This document shows, piece after piece, positions 34,473 to 42,267 of a stretch of DNA of 42,267 nt (its first letter is position 1; each line of letters begins with the position of its first letter). Source of the DNA: Methanobacteriota archaeon (GTDB lineage: Archaea > Thermoplasmatota > Thermoplasmata > SG8-5); assembly GCA_030670795.1 (NCBI GenBank), contig DAOVAY010000003.1, forward strand, positions 1 to 42,267, given 5' to 3'. The notes beneath the pieces are model-generated. The model was not told the origin of the DNA. It was given only the letters and a program-made list of their open reading frames with translations, and made no database searches. The position numbers and the translations under genes are program-made.

Positions 34473-36989
34473 TCATAGAATCGTGAAAACGTGAGGGTCC
34501 GGCTCACCGATGATAGGGCTAGTTTCGCTCCTTCCTGAACCGTCAGTTGCTTGGATGTAATATTGAATCGTTGACCCTGAGGTCTGGCCAGGTATGAACG
34601 CTCTGTACTGGTCCCTATTTACATATGACATCGGGAGTACATTGAAAAATATATCAGTAGAGAGTTTCCAGTAAACGTCATAGGTGTTCAGAGGGTTCAT
34701 GCTGTATGCGGTTATATTCGCGGTGATTTCTATCGGGGTACTGTCAGGTTGCGGCTGAATAACGGGATAATGCTGAATGTAGAGCATTCCGAGGTCGGGT
34801 ATGCCCTTGGCCCTGCAATGAAGTGCGTCCGTAGAATCCCAGGGCGCGGAACCGAGCTCAGTGAAACCGAGGACCTCGTACCCGGGCATAGCCGTTTGGT
34901 AGGATGCAATTGCAGCAGCGTCCCATGCGCCACCTGTAATTGGTACCAAAACCTTGTTGTTCAGTATCAGGCAGTTGGTGTACGGTTCATCATTGGGTGT
35001 CCAGACGCGATATATCTCGTACGGTGTGCCGTAAGATGAGGTGTAGGTTGAAAAATTTGCCACTGCACTCTCTATATGGAAATACCGGTCATGGGCGGGT
35101 GGGACCTCGCGAACCATTATCTTGTCCACATCCAGATACTTCGCCCAACAATCGATGTGTGCTATGTACTCGCCATTCGCATCCGGCACGGTATGATATA
35201 AATCGATACCCAGATGGTCATAAAGCAATTGGTCGACCTGCGCCTTGGTATATCCCAGATTCTCGGATAAAACCAGGTCGGTGGAAATGGAAATCCCAAG
35301 ACCGTCGGTCATGTAATTACCACCCGTGTGTTCTATGTTCATGAAATCAAGAGGTACACCGAGATACCCGCTTGCGACACTGGGTATGTTATTATCGTCG
35401 GGACGTGCCGGTCGATTGTATGTGAAATCCACTATCCCGATGTCATCGTTTCCGTCAGTGATCCACCACGGACCATAATCCCTTGTCCAGTGGCTGTTGG
35501 ATGGAGCGATTATCCACTCGCAATTAGACAGATTCACACCGTTGCTGCCGTAATTGGAGATGGCCGCATCCCTGGTGGCAATATTTGCTACGATAGTGTA
35601 TACCGTGTCGTTTTCCGCCATCTCGGTCACGACCGAATAAGGTAACCCGAGGGGATAACGGATGAGAACGCCCTGCATCCGTTCGAATTCGGCGATATTA
35701 CGAATAGGTGATGTCGTTGTTGTTACAATGACCCAGATAGTGTCCGCAATCGAATGTACCCAGTAGCCTTTACCCGGCTCCATGGTCACACTGGCTAGAT
35801 CACTAGAATCTTGAATTAAATATGGATTTGCGGGATCGGCTACGGCGACCATATCCACCATGTCAAGGGGAAGAGTATCTATGGCACTTATCGGGGTCAG
35901 CGACGGATATCCCACGAGATTCCAACCTGCGTAAAGGGGAATGACTATGATGTCCGCTTGGGTACCTTCAACGTTCAGAGTGCAAGCCTCGGTGACTTTG
36001 AGCCAGACGCCCATTTTATGGTCAATGTCCCACAGCTCATCCAATGAATCCGACCTTAAAACCGAGTTCGACTCCCAGGGGGATAATGGGTCAGTGGCAT
36101 TGTACCACATCGCATACTCCCACTGTCCAGAAATTGAACTGAATACCGCGTCGATGCTGGTATTGTCCTGAATAACAGGAAGGGATATGAGATTCCACCC
36201 AATTGTAAGGGAGAGAGGTATTATATCAGGAGTATTTCCATAGACCAGGATATCATCGATTCTCCACCCCTGGTCGTTGGAATTTCGGCTATCAGCTCCT
36301 GCGTCCCACCTGATGTTTATTGTGTCGCCAATGTATGAACCAAGGTCATAGGTGACATTCTCCCAGCCGGAACTGTGACCGTAAATATCTTCACCAATCA
36401 GGGGATTATTATTTCCATTCCTTGTAGGGCCGTCATACGGCGGTGTTGGCGTTATCAATACCCAGGGACCGCCGGTTCCGGAATTGGACAGCTTCACGTT
36501 TCCTCCGTCATACAACCGAGCATTGGATTCGAAATCTCTCCAGTGCCAGAAGGAAAGTTCCGCATCGAGTGCATTCGATGGAATCACGATGTCGGGGGAG
36601 ATGAGCCAGCTGAGACCACCAGCGCCTGGGTCCAGATAGTTGCCGTTACCGAAATCCCAAGAGAATGAACCTGATTGCGCACCGTTTGATTGAATGGTCC
36701 ATGCTGAGGACCCAGCATCCTGCCCAGTCGTATAACCCGGGTCACCTGATTCCACATCATCGGAGAAGAAGGTGGTCATTCCTCTGCCATCCCTCTCGGG
36801 AATGCTGTCCAATCCATTTTCTTCTTGCCCTGATGTCCCAGGTACTGGCTCATTTACGCCATATACTCCGGTTTCCGTTACGGTAGCGGCAGATTCGGAG
36901 GTATCTATCCCGCCAAAAGAAAAAATCGGCGATACAATCAAAACGAAAGTTAACAAAAGACACAGAGCCCACCTGCTAGTTTTCAACAT
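34473..36989 (-). CDS. Secreted agmatine deiminase / peptidylarginine deiminase family protein with N-terminal jelly-roll (InhA/MAM-like) domain, internal GWNL module and C-terminal Ig-like domain
   Basis: Signal peptide; LISPDI..LSFWHW..YDGG..GWRIDDI domain; deiminase motifs AEFE, WTRDYGP, GGNYMTDG, HIDCW, YTN, DALHC; C-terminal IQYYIQATD. Confidence 0.88.
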   Translation of the reverse strand: MLKTSRWALCLLLTFVLIVSPIFSFGGIDTSESAATVTETGVYGVNEPVPGTSGQEENGLDSIPERDGRGMTTFFSDDVESGDPGYTTGQDAGSSAWTIQSNGAQSGSFSWDFGNGNYLDPGAGGLSWLISPDIVIPSNALDAELSFWHWRDFESNARLYDGGNVKLSNSGTGGPWVLITPTPPYDGPTRNGNNNPLIGEDIYGHSSGWENVTYDLGSYIGDTINIRWDAGADSRNSNDQGWRIDDILVYGNTPDIIPLSLTIGWNLISLPVIQDNTSIDAVFSSISGQWEYAMWYNATDPLSPWESNSVLRSDSLDELWDIDHKMGVWLKVTEACTLNVEGTQADIIVIPLYAGWNLVGYPSLTPISAIDTLPLDMVDMVAVADPANPYLIQDSSDLASVTMEPGKGYWVHSIADTIWVIVTTTTSPIRNIAEFERMQGVLIRYPLGLPYSVVTEMAENDTVYTIVANIATRDAAISNYGSNGVNLSNCEWIIAPSNSHWTRDYGPWWITDGNDDIGIVDFTYNRPARPDDNNIPSVASGYLGVPLDFMNIEHTGGNYMTDGLGISISTDLVLSENLGYTKAQVDQLLYDHLGIDLYHTVPDANGEYIAHIDCWAKYLDVDKIMVREVPPAHDRYFHIESAVANFSTYTSSYGTPYEIYRVWTPNDEPYTNCLILNNKVLVPITGGAWDAAAIASYQTAMPGYEVLGFTELGSAPWDSTDALHCRAKGIPDLGMLYIQHYPVIQPQPDSTPIEITANITAYSMNPLNTYDVYWKLSTDIFFNVLPMSYVNRDQYRAFIPGQTSGSTIQYYIQATDGSGRSETSPIIGEPDPHVFTIL

Positions 36990-37100
36990 AATATAATCTC
37001 CTTACAATCTATATATTAGTATCATAAATCATCTTAAATAAGTTTTGGTCAACCACCCAACACCCGAAACGTTCAATACACCGCAAGCCATCTCCCAAGC

Positions 37101-38336
37101 ATGACCTCAATTTTGCTGAAGAATGCCAGTCAATTGGTCACTCTTTCTGGCGAGAACCATAAACCTCGGGCGGGAGAAGGGATGAGCGACCTAGGGGTAA
37201 TAGAAAACGGCTCCGTGTGGGTAAGCCACGGTCAGATAACGGCAGTGGGCGCGTCCGATGACGTGGAACACGATGCCGAGACCATCATTGACTGTTCGGG
37301 CAAGACGGTCATGCCCGGTTTTGTGGACCCGCATACGCACTTGGTCTTTGCGGGCAGCCGTGAAAAAGAGCTGGGCATGAAGCTTCGGGGAATGACTTAC
37401 ATGGAGATTTTGCAGTCCGGCGGGGGCATACTGAGCACTGTGAAGGCAACCAGAGAGGCCAGCAAGGAGCAGCTGCTCGAGCAGAGCCGGAAAAGAATGG
37501 ACACGATGATGTGTTTTGGAACCACCACTACGGAAGCAAAGAGCGGCTACGGTCTGGATAAAGAAACGGAGCTCAAAATGCTCGAGGTAATTAAAGAACT
37601 GGATACCGCTCATCCGATGGACATTGTGCCGACCTTTCTCGGGGCCCATGCGATACCTGAGGAGTATGCCGGCCGGAGTGAGGATTACATAAAATCATTG
37701 ATAGACCTACTTCCCGAGATCAAGGAAAAGGAACTGGCCGAGTTCTGCGACGTGTTCTGTGAGGACGGTGCCTTCAGCTTGGAAGAATCCAAATACCTGT
37801 TACTTGCTGCCAAGGACCTCGGTCTCGGAGCCAAGATTCACGCTGACGAGATAAAGAACCTCGGAGGAAGCAGTCTGGCCGCCGAGCTTGGCGCGATATC
37901 CGCGGAGCATCTGGCAGTTACTTCGGAGGATGACATGAAAGCCATGGCCGAGGTCGGCGTGATAGGTCTGCTGTTACCCGCAACTCCCTATTCTTTGATG
38001 CAGAACCAATATGCCGATGCCAGAAAGATGATTGAGATTGGCGTTCCCATTGCGCTGGCCACCGACCTGAACCCGAACTGCTGGACGGAATCAATGCAAT
38101 TCATTATATCTCTGGCTTGTTACAAAATGAAAATGACGCCTGAAGAGGCGATAGTTGCCGCGACCATCAACGCAGCCTTTGCAATCGACCGTGCCGAAAA
38201 AGTGGGAAGCATCGAAGTTGGGAAACAAGCCGATTTAATTATATTAGACGTGCCTAATTATGGGCACATTCCTTATCGTTTTGGCGTGAATCACGTAGAA
38301 ACGGTAATCAAGTCCGGCAGGATTGTCGTGGGGTGA
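37101..38336 (+). CDS. hutI: Imidazolonepropionase
   Basis: PGFVDPHTHLVF, GGGILSTV, EAKSGYGL, TFLGAHA, DVFCE, KIHADE, SAEHL, LATDLNP. Confidence 0.95.
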   Translation: MTSILLKNASQLVTLSGENHKPRAGEGMSDLGVIENGSVWVSHGQITAVGASDDVEHDAETIIDCSGKTVMPGFVDPHTHLVFAGSREKELGMKLRGMTYMEILQSGGGILSTVKATREASKEQLLEQSRKRMDTMMCFGTTTTEAKSGYGLDKETELKMLEVIKELDTAHPMDIVPTFLGAHAIPEEYAGRSEDYIKSLIDLLPEIKEKELAEFCDVFCEDGAFSLEESKYLLLAAKDLGLGAKIHADEIKNLGGSSLAAELGAISAEHLAVTSEDDMKAMAEVGVIGLLLPATPYSLMQNQYADARKMIEIGVPIALATDLNPNCWTESMQFIISLACYKMKMTPEEAIVAATINAAFAIDRAEKVGSIEVGKQADLIILDVPNYGHIPYRFGVNHVETVIKSGRIVVG

Positions 38337-38340
38337 ATGG

Positions 38341-38961
38341 TTGAGGGTGCTGGTCCTCCTTTCTGGCGGTATAGATTCCCCTGTCGCGGCCTTTTTAATG
38401 GCCGAGGCCGGAGCCGAGGTTCACGTCCTTCATATGGATAACGTGCCCATTTGCGATGCAAACAAGCCGGTAGAAAAAATCGTAGAGCGTTTAAGGAAAC
38501 TCACCACTCAGGAAATGCCTCTTTGGGTAGCACCTCACGGAAAGGTCAACCTTAGCCAGATAGGGCAAACAAAGAACCCTCACGTCCGTTGTGTATTATG
38601 CAAACGCTTCATGCAGAGGGTGGGAGAGGCCCTTGCCAGAAGAGAGAATTGCGAAACCTTGGTAATGGGCGACTCCCTGGGTCAGGTGGCCAGCCAGACG
38701 CTCAGGAACATCATGGTGGAGCAGGAATCCGTGACCATTCCCATTCTCAGACCTTTAATAGGATTAGATAAAGAAGAAATTATAAAAATAGCAAAATTTA
38801 TTGAGACTTATGAACTGTCCATCGAGAACATCGGGGAATGCGGAATACTGCCTAAAAAACCAAGTACCCATGCACATATAGAAAAAATCAGGGAAGCGGA
38901 AGCGGAGATGGATGTCAGCGCAATGGTATCAGAATGTTTGGAGGCTGTCAAAAAGTTATGA
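38341..38961 (+). CDS. thiI: ThiI-family tRNA sulfurtransferase, catalytic domain only (no THUMP domain)
   Basis: PP-loop LLSGGIDSPVA, CVLCKR, GDSLGQVASQT, RPLIGLDKEEI, ECG. TTG start at 38341 after GGGGTGA. Confidence 0.8.
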   Translation: MRVLVLLSGGIDSPVAAFLMAEAGAEVHVLHMDNVPICDANKPVEKIVERLRKLTTQEMPLWVAPHGKVNLSQIGQTKNPHVRCVLCKRFMQRVGEALARRENCETLVMGDSLGQVASQTLRNIMVEQESVTIPILRPLIGLDKEEIIKIAKFIETYELSIENIGECGILPKKPSTHAHIEKIREAEAEMDVSAMVSECLEAVKKL

Positions 38962-38963
38962 CA

Positions 38964-39884
38964 TTAAATATCCAGTCTGGCCAAAATCTCCTTTGCCATG
39001 TCCACATCGTTTAGGGTGAACATGTGAATTCCGGGTGCGCCGACCTCTTTTAATTCCTTACATAGTCCCTCGGTGAATTCCAAGCAGAGGCTCCTGGCCG
39101 AATCATTTGACGCGCCCTTCAATTTTTCTTTTAGATGCTCTGGAACGTTAGCCCCGAAAGTGAACTCTGCCGCATCCACATGCTCCATGCAGGTCACGGG
39201 TCTGATGCCCGGTATGATTGGAATATTGATGCCCTTTTTCCTGAGTCTTTCTATGTAAACAGCGTATGTCTGGGCACTAAAAACCATCTGAGTAATTCCG
39301 AAGTCCGCACCTGCCTTGGTCTTCTCATTCATAATAAACAACTCTTTTTCGAGGTCTTCGGCCTCGGGATAGCATGCCACACCTATGCAGAAATCCGTTT
39401 TGACACCCCCTCTGTAAGGTTCAGGGTCATCGGTCAGTCCCAGATATCTGCCTTGGTTCATATCGGAAATCTGTTTCACCAGCTCGCATGCGAATATGTT
39501 ATGCGTCTCGGAATTCGGAGTCTTTTCCGCCTCTCCGGGAAGCGGGTCTCCGAGAACTGCCAGTATGTTCTTCGTGCCAAAATACATGTGGTCCACGAGA
39601 AGGTTCTCCACTTCGCGGCGGTTCATGTCCCTGCATCGAAAGTGAACCAGTGCATTCATCTTATATCTTTCAGAAATCATGTAGCCGATCGGCACTGTTC
39701 CACCGCGCATGCTGCCCATGGCTCCCTTGGTCACGCTGATGAAATCTATCGGAAGTTGGCTTAGTGCTTCCAGCTTGTCCAGGATGATGTTTGGTGACCT
39801 CCCGTTTCTAGGTGGAAAAACCTCGACGCTATGCGTGAACGGTTTCCTGGCCAGTATCTCCGTAATCTTCTCGGGCGCGAACAT
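38964..39884 (-). CDS. metF: 5,10-methylenetetrahydrofolate reductase
   Basis: SVEVFPP, FISVT.GA.GS, HFRC, NILAVLGDP, GVACYPE, GADFGITQMVF, PIIPGI.P, GIHMFTLN. Confidence 0.9.
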   Translation of the reverse strand: MFAPEKITEILARKPFTHSVEVFPPRNGRSPNIILDKLEALSQLPIDFISVTKGAMGSMRGGTVPIGYMISERYKMNALVHFRCRDMNRREVENLLVDHMYFGTKNILAVLGDPLPGEAEKTPNSETHNIFACELVKQISDMNQGRYLGLTDDPEPYRGGVKTDFCIGVACYPEAEDLEKELFIMNEKTKAGADFGITQMVFSAQTYAVYIERLRKKGINIPIIPGIRPVTCMEHVDAAEFTFGANVPEHLKEKLKGASNDSARSLCLEFTEGLCKELKEVGAPGIHMFTLNDVDMAKEILARLDI

Positions 39885-40059
39885 CAGACCTATATTTGAG
39901 GGGCGGGGATAAATGTTGTGGGTGGTGAGTACTTAATTTAATAATGATATCTTACAAAAGATTCTCGGTTCTCATTTGATAAACAATATATATATCCTAT
40001 TGACATTCTAGACGGAATAATGAATCGATGATATAGCAAAATTAATTTGGTGGTAAACG

Positions 40060-40605
40060 ATGGAAAAAAGGACAACCCATAAAAAAAAGGTGTGTTTGCT
40101 GGGGGATTCCGCAGTTGGTAAAACCTCCCTCATTCGGAAATACGTGCTCGATGAGTTCAGTGACGCCTACCTTACTACAATTGGAACAAAGACTAGCAAA
40201 AAAAAGATACTTTTAGAGTTTCCGGAAAATAATATGAAGAGTAATGTTACCCTTATGATATGGGATATTATGGGTCAACCCAGTTTTAGGAACATCCTCA
40301 AAGAGGCATATTTTCACGGAGCTAACGGGGGAATTGTGGTCTGTGATTTAACCAGGAAAGAGACATTGGAAAATATCTCTGAATGGGTAGAAACCCTTAC
40401 AAGTGTGGTTGGAGATATTCCTTTGGTATTTATCGGAAATAAACACGACCTTGATCAACAGGCAGAGTTTGGGCTTGAGGATATAGAAAATGTAGCAAAA
40501 AAGTATGGTGACCAATCTTGCTTTCTAACCAGCGCAAAAGATGGAAGAAACGTTGACACAGTTTTTACCACCATCGCTAGAGAAATGTTGAAACCCACAG
40601 AATGA
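40060..40605 (+). CDS. Rab-like small GTPase (Ras superfamily)
   Basis: G1 GDSAVGKTS, G2 YLTTIG, G3 IWDIMGQ, G4 GNKHD, G5 TSAK; YFHGA and VVCDLT. No C-terminal CAAX or CC motif. Confidence 0.9.
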   Translation: MEKRTTHKKKVCLLGDSAVGKTSLIRKYVLDEFSDAYLTTIGTKTSKKKILLEFPENNMKSNVTLMIWDIMGQPSFRNILKEAYFHGANGGIVVCDLTRKETLENISEWVETLTSVVGDIPLVFIGNKHDLDQQAEFGLEDIENVAKKYGDQSCFLTSAKDGRNVDTVFTTIAREMLKPTE

Positions 40606-40674
40606 GAGATTCCAAGAGTTAGAAAACGTCGGTCTGATATACAATGTCGACGGGAGTGAGTGGAGACTACATTA

Positions 40675-42267
40675 ATGGTGAAGAAAAAGAAGCGCTCTAA
40701 AAGCATCTTAACGCAGCTGGAAAAAACAAAAAAAACAATTAGTGAAGCGCAGAGAATGGGTGCTAACGTCAAGAAAGCTGTAGAATTGCTTCTTACGGCA
40801 GGAAAAGCAATTGAAAACAATCGAGAATCCGAAGCCGTTAAAATTCTGAACGAAATAAACTCAGTTATTAAAAAATCGAAGAAGAGTAAACGATTGGAAA
40901 CCATGATATTTAATACTCTACCAACAATTGAAGAGGCAAAAAAAGTTGGTGCCGATGTAAGCGATGCGGAAGAAGAACTGGATAAAGCACGGAAGGCATT
41001 GGAAGATGAGAATTTTGGTACCGCTCAGCAGCTCATTAATATGGCCAGGAGAGAGGCGGATGATGCAAAACGCTATATAACCACGAAGGAGCAGATTTTG
41101 GAACTGGCCCCAATGATGGAAAGCGCCAAAAGGAGGGGCGTTGACATCACCGAATCCACACAGGTTTTGCTTCTGTCATGGGAGGCGCTCGAGAAGAAAA
41201 ATTACGGTGTGGTCAAACGTCATATCAAAGACACAAAGGCCGTGTTAAAAATTGCTGAAGAACATAAGAGTTTTTCAGATTCCATTATAACCGTAGAGGA
41301 ACGAGTCAAGGCGGTACAAGAGGCAGGCATGGATATATCAGATATGGTGCAGCCCCTCAGGGATGCCAAAGAGGCTCTGGCACAAAAAAATTATTCAGAC
41401 GTAAAGAAAAATGTGAACAAAATAAAGAGATACATCGATAAAATCATTTTACAACGGGAAGCGGGTCTGACATTGAGAACCATACAACAGTTCATCAGAC
41501 AGGCAAAGAAAGCGGGGCTGCATTCGGCTGAACTGGAGGGCATCTTCGATAGGGCGTCCATCGCCCTGGAAAACGGGAATTTTTCAGAGGTTCAGGGTAT
41601 AGAAATGGATGCGAAAAAAATTGCGAAAAATCTGAAATTATTCGACAAACTTAGCACAACGGAGGTCAGTACCCTGGATGAAGAGATGGTCCAGAGCCTT
41701 GGTCATTGGATACAACAAGAAATAAACGATTCAAAGGAAATGATACACACCGTAAAAGAAAGGGGTGTTGAAACTTCAAACGTTGAAGGATTGATTTCAA
41801 CGGCCGAAACAGCTTTGGCCGAAAATAAAATCAAAGAGGCCGTAAGAGTCATGCAAGATGTACGAAGAACATTGGAAGGTGGGGACATCTCGGTTCAAGG
41901 TACACGGGCTCAGGGTGATGTAGAGAATCTAAACAAAAAAATGCTGGAAGCTATGGAATTTGGCGTTGATGTTTCGGAAGCGGAGTCCGGACTAAAAATT
42001 GCCATGGAAATGATTGACCAGGGAAATCTCATCGGTGTTGATGAAATCATTGCTAAGACAGATAAGACATTAAATGAGCATATTCATTCGAAGTTAGAAG
42101 GCAAATATCCGAAAATTAACCTTTCCATGAGTGAGTTGGGGCTCGAATCTGAAAAATGGAACAAGTGCCTGGTTGGAATATCTAACACTGGCAGTACAAT
42201 TGCGAAGGATATTGACCTGACTTTTTCGGGTGATGTAGAGGTTAAGGGCGTGGAAATTATCCCTAAG
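40675..42267 (+). CDS. Large alpha-helical repeat / coiled-coil protein with an Ig-like domain starting at the window end (3' truncated; not in the ORF track)
   Basis: My translation of frame +1 from ATG 40675 (MVKKKKRSKSILTQLEK...) is open to the last base, 531 codons. Seven copies of an A-x-x-x-G-x-D/N-V/I-like motif, then PKINLS...ISNTGSTIAKDIDLTFSGDVEV. Confidence 0.85.
   Translation, partial: MVKKKKRSKSILTQLEKTKKTISEAQRMGANVKKAVELLLTAGKAIENNRESEAVKILNEINSVIKKSKKSKRLETMIFNTLPTIEEAKKVGADVSDAEEELDKARKALEDENFGTAQQLINMARREADDAKRYITTKEQILELAPMMESAKRRGVDITESTQVLLLSWEALEKKNYGVVKRHIKDTKAVLKIAEEHKSFSDSIITVEERVKAVQEAGMDISDMVQPLRDAKEALAQKNYSDVKKNVNKIKRYIDKIILQREAGLTLRTIQQFIRQAKKAGLHSAELEGIFDRASIALENGNFSEVQGIEMDAKKIAKNLKLFDKLSTTEVSTLDEEMVQSLGHWIQQEINDSKEMIHTVKERGVETSNVEGLISTAETALAENKIKEAVRVMQDVRRTLEGGDISVQGTRAQGDVENLNKKMLEAMEFGVDVSEAESGLKIAMEMIDQGNLIGVDEIIAKTDKTLNEHIHSKLEGKYPKINLSMSELGLESEKWNKCLVGISNTGSTIAKDIDLTFSGDVEVKGVEIIPK

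Overview
Archaeal chromosomal segment, most likely from an uncultured Thermoplasmatota (Thermoplasmata-like) lineage. This is inferred from the archaeal-type ribB-ribL-ribC-ribH cluster, type II MAP, Tad-like pilus genes, CARDB/zinc-ribbon membrane proteins and a Rab-like GTPase. Contents: a 5'-truncated CARDB surface protein with a four-zinc-ribbon cytoplasmic tail; a five-gene type IV pilus/Tad-like operon with two ATPases; two TPR proteins; bacterial-style folate/C1 genes (a folC-nth fusion, purH, folP, metF); tsaC, map, an M29 aminopeptidase homolog lacking most metal ligands, the riboflavin/FAD operon, tsaA, hutI and a THUMP-less thiI; three very large secreted proteins (S8 subtilase with a degenerate active-site environment, beta-helix/beta-propeller protein, agmatine/peptidylarginine deiminase); and a Rab-like small GTPase followed by a 3'-truncated helical-repeat protein missing from the ORF track. 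The best candidates for something new are: (1) a shared ~165-aa tandem GWNL module on all three secreted proteins, a possible archaeal sorting/anchoring domain; (2) two intergenic loci of paired 20-nt IS200/IS605-like hairpins with no transposase, one next to a predicted pseudoknot; (3) the FolC-endonuclease III fusion; (4) two apparent pseudo-peptidases; (5) the Rab-like GTPase plus helical-repeat scaffold pair. No rRNA, tRNA or CRISPR array was seen. All calls come from motif recognition by eye; no database searches were run.
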